Virus record (IMG/VR): IMGVR_UViG_3300032324_000268
Reading direction: 5' to 3' (one strand)
Length of the DNA stretch: 20,000 nucleotides
Origin: an uncultured virus (IMG/VR IMGVR_UViG_3300032324_000268)
Lineage: Duplodnaviria > Heunggongvirae > Uroviricota > Caudoviricetes
Within the stretch, counting starts at the first letter, position 1. Every line of letters begins with the position of its first letter. Position numbers and translations under genes: made by a program. Positions 15,717-20,000 of this stretch are shown here, piece by piece. The notes below the pieces were generated by a model that saw nothing but the letters and a program-made list of their open reading frames with translations, had not been told where the DNA came from and made no database searches.

Positions 15717-17924
15717 GTGTCAATTGACCTAGAGACAATCTCAGAGTCGGGGAAAGCTCCACGCACTCGAATTAAAGACGCCCGAAGTGCTCACGCCATC
15801 TTTACGGCTATCCGTAATGCTGACGACGCCTCGGCTATTGATCGCCGCAAAATCCAGTCAATGTTGGACGGCGAACCACCCTTTTCTAACTCTCAGCTCA
15901 AAGCTCTTGGCCAAGGATACCGAGCCAATCTAAACTTCGGTGAAGCAGCTGGAGCTATGGAAGTAGCTCTTTCCGCTTATTCGGATCTCGTTAATTCTGT
16001 CGATAAGCTCGCTCAAGTTAAGACGTCCTTTGGTGACGCTTCCGAACGTGTCGAGTGGGAAAACATTATCTCCGAAGAGTTCCATCGCACTTTGACCGAT
16101 TGGGACGAGTTCTTCTACAAACAACAGCTCTTGGCTCACCAGTTCGTAGCCTACGGAGTTGGGTTTGCGTACTTTGACGATAACCGCAACTGGCAGTGGG
16201 GTGTTAGCGGTCTTCGTGATTTCCGTGTTCCCCGTGGAACAGCCGCCTCAGATACCAAGTTTGAAATTGCGACTGTCGAACGAAACTATATGGCCGGGGA
16301 GTTGTATCAGTTTATTGAGAACCCCAAGGTAGCCGCTGAACTCGGTTGGAACGTTGAGGAGACTCGGCGCGCATTGTTGCACTCGGTTGAGATTGGCAAC
16401 GCTACTGGTAGGGATTGGGAGAGACTACAAGAAGAACTCAAAAATAACGATTTGATGTATTCTCACGCTCGGTCGAAAGTTATCCGTTGCGTGCACTATT
16501 TTGTTAAAGAGTTTGACGGAACCATCTCCCACTATATCGGAACCCGAGCTGGAGATACCGACGATTTCTTGTTTAAGAAACCAAGCCGATTCCAACACGC
16601 TAATGAAGCGTTTGTGTTGTTCTCTTACGGAATTGGGTCAAACGGATTACTTCATAGTATCCGTGGTCTTGGCTACAAACTCTTCCCTTTCATTCAGCTT
16701 TCCAATCGTCTTCGTAATGCCGTTGTAGACGGAGCAATGCTCTCGTCTGCGTTGATGATCCAGCCTACGACTGGCGAGGACATCAGCAACTTGACCTTGA
16801 TGTATAACGGTCCTCTTTCTGTTCTTCCCCCAGGACTAAATGTAGTTGACCGAGCCGCTCCTAATCTTGCTGGCAATGTGTTGCCCATCGTCCGTGATCT
16901 CGACAACGTTCGAATGAATAACACTGGGTCGTACAATCCCCGTCAAACAATTTATGACGGAGGATCTCGTACAGCCACCGAAGTTCAAGCCGAACTAGCT
17001 CAGCAGTCCATTCTTGGCACACAAGCTATGAACCTCTACTACGTTCCTTGGCAGAAGTTGCTTGCTGAACAATTCCGTCGCCTCGCTACTGTCAAATATC
17101 GTGCTGACGAACCCGGTGGCAGGGAAGCCATCGACTTCCGCAAGCGTGTTGAGGCTCGTGGGGTTCCGTGGAAAGCTGTCGAACAAGTTTATCGTGTGAC
17201 GGCAGTGCGAGCCGTAGGTGCTGGAAGTTCTGGTGCTCGCTTACTTGCCTTCAACGAATTTATGCAGATCCTCCCTCGGTTTGACGAAGTTGGTCAGAGG
17301 AATCTTATCCGTGACCGAGTTGCCGCACGTGTCGGTTATGATCAGGTTGATCGGTATATTCCGAAAGGCGAGATCGAGCGTATTCCCGTTGACGCCAAGA
17401 TTGCAGAGCTTGAGAACGACGCAATGCAAGGCGGACGTGCTGTCAGCGTTAACCCTGGTGAGAACCACGCAGTTCACGCTCGGGTTCATTTGGAAGATTC
17501 TATCCGTTTCTTGCAGGCTCTCCAGCAAAACCAAGTTGATCCCAAAGTTGCGGTCTCCTATCTCCAACTCCAATACCCGCACACAATGTCCCATCTTCAG
17601 CAGTTGGCTTCTGATCCTACTCGCAAGTCTGAAGTCGGAGCCGCTAACGAAGTCCTCAATCAGATGCGAGAAGCCATCCAGAACATCGGCAATCAGATTG
17701 CGGCACAAGAACGTCGCAACGCTCAGATGCAAGGCCAGATGGGTGGGCAACAAGGCATTGACCCGAAACTCGCAGCTCAATTGCAGAAAGCACAGCTTGA
17801 GTCCCAGATCAAAATGGAACAAGCCAAACTTGATCAGCAGTTACAGATGGCGGACAGCCAGCAAAAGATGGCAATTCGTGATGCAGAAGCCGCCCAGAAG
17901 ATCCGTCAAAAAAGTCTTGCGTAA
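15717..17924 (+). CDS. portal protein, 735 aa
   Basis: Position after TerL, size, RTATEV motif typical of podovirus-like portals, Gln-rich C-terminal coiled coil. Confidence 0.82.
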   Translation: MSIDLETISESGKAPRTRIKDARSAHAIFTAIRNADDASAIDRRKIQSMLDGEPPFSNSQLKALGQGYRANLNFGEAAGAMEVALSAYSDLVNSVDKLAQVKTSFGDASERVEWENIISEEFHRTLTDWDEFFYKQQLLAHQFVAYGVGFAYFDDNRNWQWGVSGLRDFRVPRGTAASDTKFEIATVERNYMAGELYQFIENPKVAAELGWNVEETRRALLHSVEIGNATGRDWERLQEELKNNDLMYSHARSKVIRCVHYFVKEFDGTISHYIGTRAGDTDDFLFKKPSRFQHANEAFVLFSYGIGSNGLLHSIRGLGYKLFPFIQLSNRLRNAVVDGAMLSSALMIQPTTGEDISNLTLMYNGPLSVLPPGLNVVDRAAPNLAGNVLPIVRDLDNVRMNNTGSYNPRQTIYDGGSRTATEVQAELAQQSILGTQAMNLYYVPWQKLLAEQFRRLATVKYRADEPGGREAIDFRKRVEARGVPWKAVEQVYRVTAVRAVGAGSSGARLLAFNEFMQILPRFDEVGQRNLIRDRVAARVGYDQVDRYIPKGEIERIPVDAKIAELENDAMQGGRAVSVNPGENHAVHARVHLEDSIRFLQALQQNQVDPKVAVSYLQLQYPHTMSHLQQLASDPTRKSEVGAANEVLNQMREAIQNIGNQIAAQERRNAQMQGQMGGQQGIDPKLAAQLQKAQLESQIKMEQAKLDQQLQMADSQQKMAIRDAEAAQKIRQKSLA

Positions 17925-17945
17925 TATAAGCTGACTGAGTAAAGT
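17917..17945 (+). promoter_or_regulatory. sigma70-like promoter, near-leaderless
   Basis: TTGCGT(17917-17922)-N17-TAAAGT(17940-17945)-N8-ATG17954; no SD. Confidence 0.45.
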
Positions 17946-17953
17946 CGGCTCCT

Positions 17954-18241
17954 ATGAAATTAAATGATTGGCTGAAACGAGAGGATCTTCAATTAGAGTG
18001 GAAGCAATTATGGGAGGGGAACACAACACTTAAAGCCGGACTTGAGGTGCTTAAGAATGTTGGATTCCCCATTGAAACCAGAGCATTACCTGGAGTTGAC
18101 GCAATCCAACACAACGCCTTGATGAATGCACGACGAGAAGGATATTTTGACGCAATCCGAAATATCGAAGCTTTGAAAGAAGTTAAACAGCAACCCGACG
18201 CTCTCCCAGATTCTTGGGAGAATGTAAAAAAGGAAGACTAA
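17954..18241 (+). CDS. small protein between portal and scaffold, 95 aa
   Basis: Typical portal-scaffold position; REGY..AI..I..L helix (Bbp19-like pattern). Confidence 0.75.
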   Translation: MKLNDWLKREDLQLEWKQLWEGNTTLKAGLEVLKNVGFPIETRALPGVDAIQHNALMNARREGYFDAIRNIEALKEVKQQPDALPDSWENVKKED

Positions 18242-18244
18242 TTT

Positions 18245-19552
18245 ATGCCAACAGAAACACCAACAGCGACCCCAACGACCGAAACCGCAACACCAGTAGC
18301 TACCGCTACAACTGCCCCAGCACCTACCGTCAGTTTTTCTGACGCTTTAGATAAAGCTTTGGGCACGAGTGGCCCCTCCTCTAAGCCTATCAACGCAAAG
18401 GCTGAGGCGAAAATTCAGAAACAAGCTCCTGCTCCGAAAGCACCAGAAGCTCCAAAAACTGAAGCAAAGGTAGAAGCTAAGACTGAAACATCTTCCTCTA
18501 AGACTCCCAGTTCTATCCTTGACCAGTTAGGTACGCTTGGGATTGAGGAAAAAGTTGAAGCCAAGACAGAAGTTAAATCTGAAGAGACTGTTGAAGAAGT
18601 TTCCCCCGAAGTCGCTTCGACACCCGCAGCTCAGACGGCTTTCGCTAAGCTCACGAAAGAACTTCGTGAAGCTAAGTCGAAGCTCAAAGAGTTTGAAGGT
18701 AAGGTCAGCGATAGGGCTGATGCCGTCGAACAAAAGGGTGGAGATGTCCAGAGTGACGCCCAGCTAAAAGAACTCCAGACAAAGCTTGAGCAGTTCCAAT
18801 CAGAACGTGATGAGCTTGAGGGTGAGCTTCGTGTTAGCAAGATCGAGTCTACTCGCGAGTATAAGTCTGTAATCGGTGAGCCTACCAAGGCCGCTGTCCA
18901 GACCATCTCAGACATTGCCAAGACCTACGAAGTTCGTCCTTCTACCATTCTCGAAGCCGTGAATGAGACTGATGGAGTGAAACGTCGCACTCTATTGAAA
19001 GAGTTGACTGGAGAGATGGACGCAGCTGATGCTTTGGCTGTCCGAATGAAAGTTGACGAGCTTGTGCAGTTGAACGGCAAACGTGAAGAAATGCTTAAGG
19101 AGAGCAAGACTGCTCTTGAAGCCTTGACTAGAGCCGAAGAAGAAGAGGATCGTGCCGAACGCTCCAAGTATGACGCCGACGCTAAGAAAGCTTTCGGTGA
19201 GGTATGGGGTACATTCCAAGAAGAACTCCCTATCTTGAAGAAGATCGAGGGCAACGAGTCTTGGAACAAGACGATTGACGAACTTCGAAACCACGCAGAG
19301 AAACTTGATGCAGAGCCTCTTGATCACAGACAGAGAGCCGCGTTGACTTACCAAGCCGTAAGTCTCCCCCTTGTTGTCCAAGTGTTCAAGGATTACGTCA
19401 CAAAGACAAATCAAGAGATGAAGAGTCTTCGTGACAATCTTTCTGACTACCGAAAGGCAACTCCTGGTGCTGGGTCTGGACAAGCTCCAGCCAAATCCGA
19501 GAAACTAGATAAAGGTCTCAGCTTCTTAGACGCCCTCGAAAAAGGTTTGTAA
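18245..19552 (+). CDS. putative capsid scaffolding protein, 435 aa
   Basis: Low-complexity Pro/Thr/Ala/Glu/Lys N-terminus, long coiled coils, ATPGAG linker and terminal amphipathic helix SFLDALEKGL; downstream of portal. Confidence 0.75.
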   Translation: MPTETPTATPTTETATPVATATTAPAPTVSFSDALDKALGTSGPSSKPINAKAEAKIQKQAPAPKAPEAPKTEAKVEAKTETSSSKTPSSILDQLGTLGIEEKVEAKTEVKSEETVEEVSPEVASTPAAQTAFAKLTKELREAKSKLKEFEGKVSDRADAVEQKGGDVQSDAQLKELQTKLEQFQSERDELEGELRVSKIESTREYKSVIGEPTKAAVQTISDIAKTYEVRPSTILEAVNETDGVKRRTLLKELTGEMDAADALAVRMKVDELVQLNGKREEMLKESKTALEALTRAEEEEDRAERSKYDADAKKAFGEVWGTFQEELPILKKIEGNESWNKTIDELRNHAEKLDAEPLDHRQRAALTYQAVSLPLVVQVFKDYVTKTNQEMKSLRDNLSDYRKATPGAGSGQAPAKSEKLDKGLSFLDALEKGL

Positions 19553-19555
19553 TCC

Positions 19556-20000
19556 GTGGTCGACACGCCCTTCATCAACGATGGGGCTGATGAGTCCCTT
19601 CGGAAGACGGTTAGTCTCCTCAATAAGATTGAGGCCAAGACTGGCTCTACCACCATTACTGGTCCAGTTACGGTCAGTAACGAAGTAGAGGTAACAAACA
19701 GCACAGGGAATCCGATTCCGGTAAGCGGAACCGTTACTGTCAACGACATGACCAGCGGGAACGCCAAAACAAAGATCGTTGATTCAGTTGGGGCAGACGT
19801 TTCCTATATCACCGCCGGTACGGCCGGAACTCCGTCTGCAGGCGTTCTCAGCGTGCAGGGTATTAGTGGAGGAGTTTCGCTTCCAATTAGCGGGTCTGTA
19901 GAGACTGGGTTAGCGCAGCCTCTTACTGATACACAACTACGAGCACTTGCCGTTCCTATTAGCGGAACTGTTACTGCGAATACTGGCTTAACTCCACTTA
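19556..20000 (+). CDS. 3'-truncated fibre/decoration-like virion protein with PxSGxV repeats
   Basis: Not in ORF track (runs off window); GTG 3 nt after scaffold stop; MVDTPFINDGADESLRKTVSLLNKIEAKTGSTTITGPVTVSNEVEVTNSTGNPIPVSGTVTVN...LPISGSVETGLAQPLTDTQLRALAVPISGTVTANTGLTPL. Confidence 0.8.
   Translation, partial: MVDTPFINDGADESLRKTVSLLNKIEAKTGSTTITGPVTVSNEVEVTNSTGNPIPVSGTVTVNDMTSGNAKTKIVDSVGADVSYITAGTAGTPSAGVLSVQGISGGVSLPISGSVETGLAQPLTDTQLRALAVPISGTVTANTGLTPL

Noticed and set aside
17218..17934. 238-aa alternative-frame ORF (and 193-aa antisense ORF) within the portal gene
   Set aside because: No motif or initiation signal; Ser/Arg/Leu-rich shadow-frame composition.
1..20000. tRNA/rRNA genes, integrase, introns/inteins, reverse transcriptase, alternative genetic code
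   Set aside because: None recognised; polymerase, helicase and terminase are contiguous and of ordinary length, and all three stop codons end credible genes.

Overview
Part of a tailed dsDNA phage genome (Caudoviricetes; layout suggests a podovirus-like environmental phage, host not determinable from sequence). A minus-strand replication arm (12468 to 1302) encodes a RuvC-like resolvase, SNF2-type helicase, a Cas4/DUF2800-like Fe-S nuclease split over two overlapping ORFs, a putative SSB, a putative dATP/dGTP diphosphohydrolase-like protein, small coupled ORFs, a family A DNA polymerase with an atypical motif B, an AEP primase/SF3 helicase and a two-gene putative head-spike module. A plus-strand morphogenesis arm (12600 to the end) encodes a virion-type protein, TerL, portal, a small ORF, scaffold and a truncated fibre-like protein. 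Five small plus-strand ORFs (1-969) converge with the replication arm on a structured 330-bp non-coding region (candidate origin). Most notable: (i) the split Fe-S nuclease, (ii) an N-terminal motif shared by three otherwise unrelated beta-rich proteins at three loci, (iii) recurrent short-spacer, near-leaderless sigma70-like promoters whose -35 box often contains the upstream stop codon, (iv) a scaffold with the same helix motif at both ends. All family calls are motif recognition by eye, not database results.
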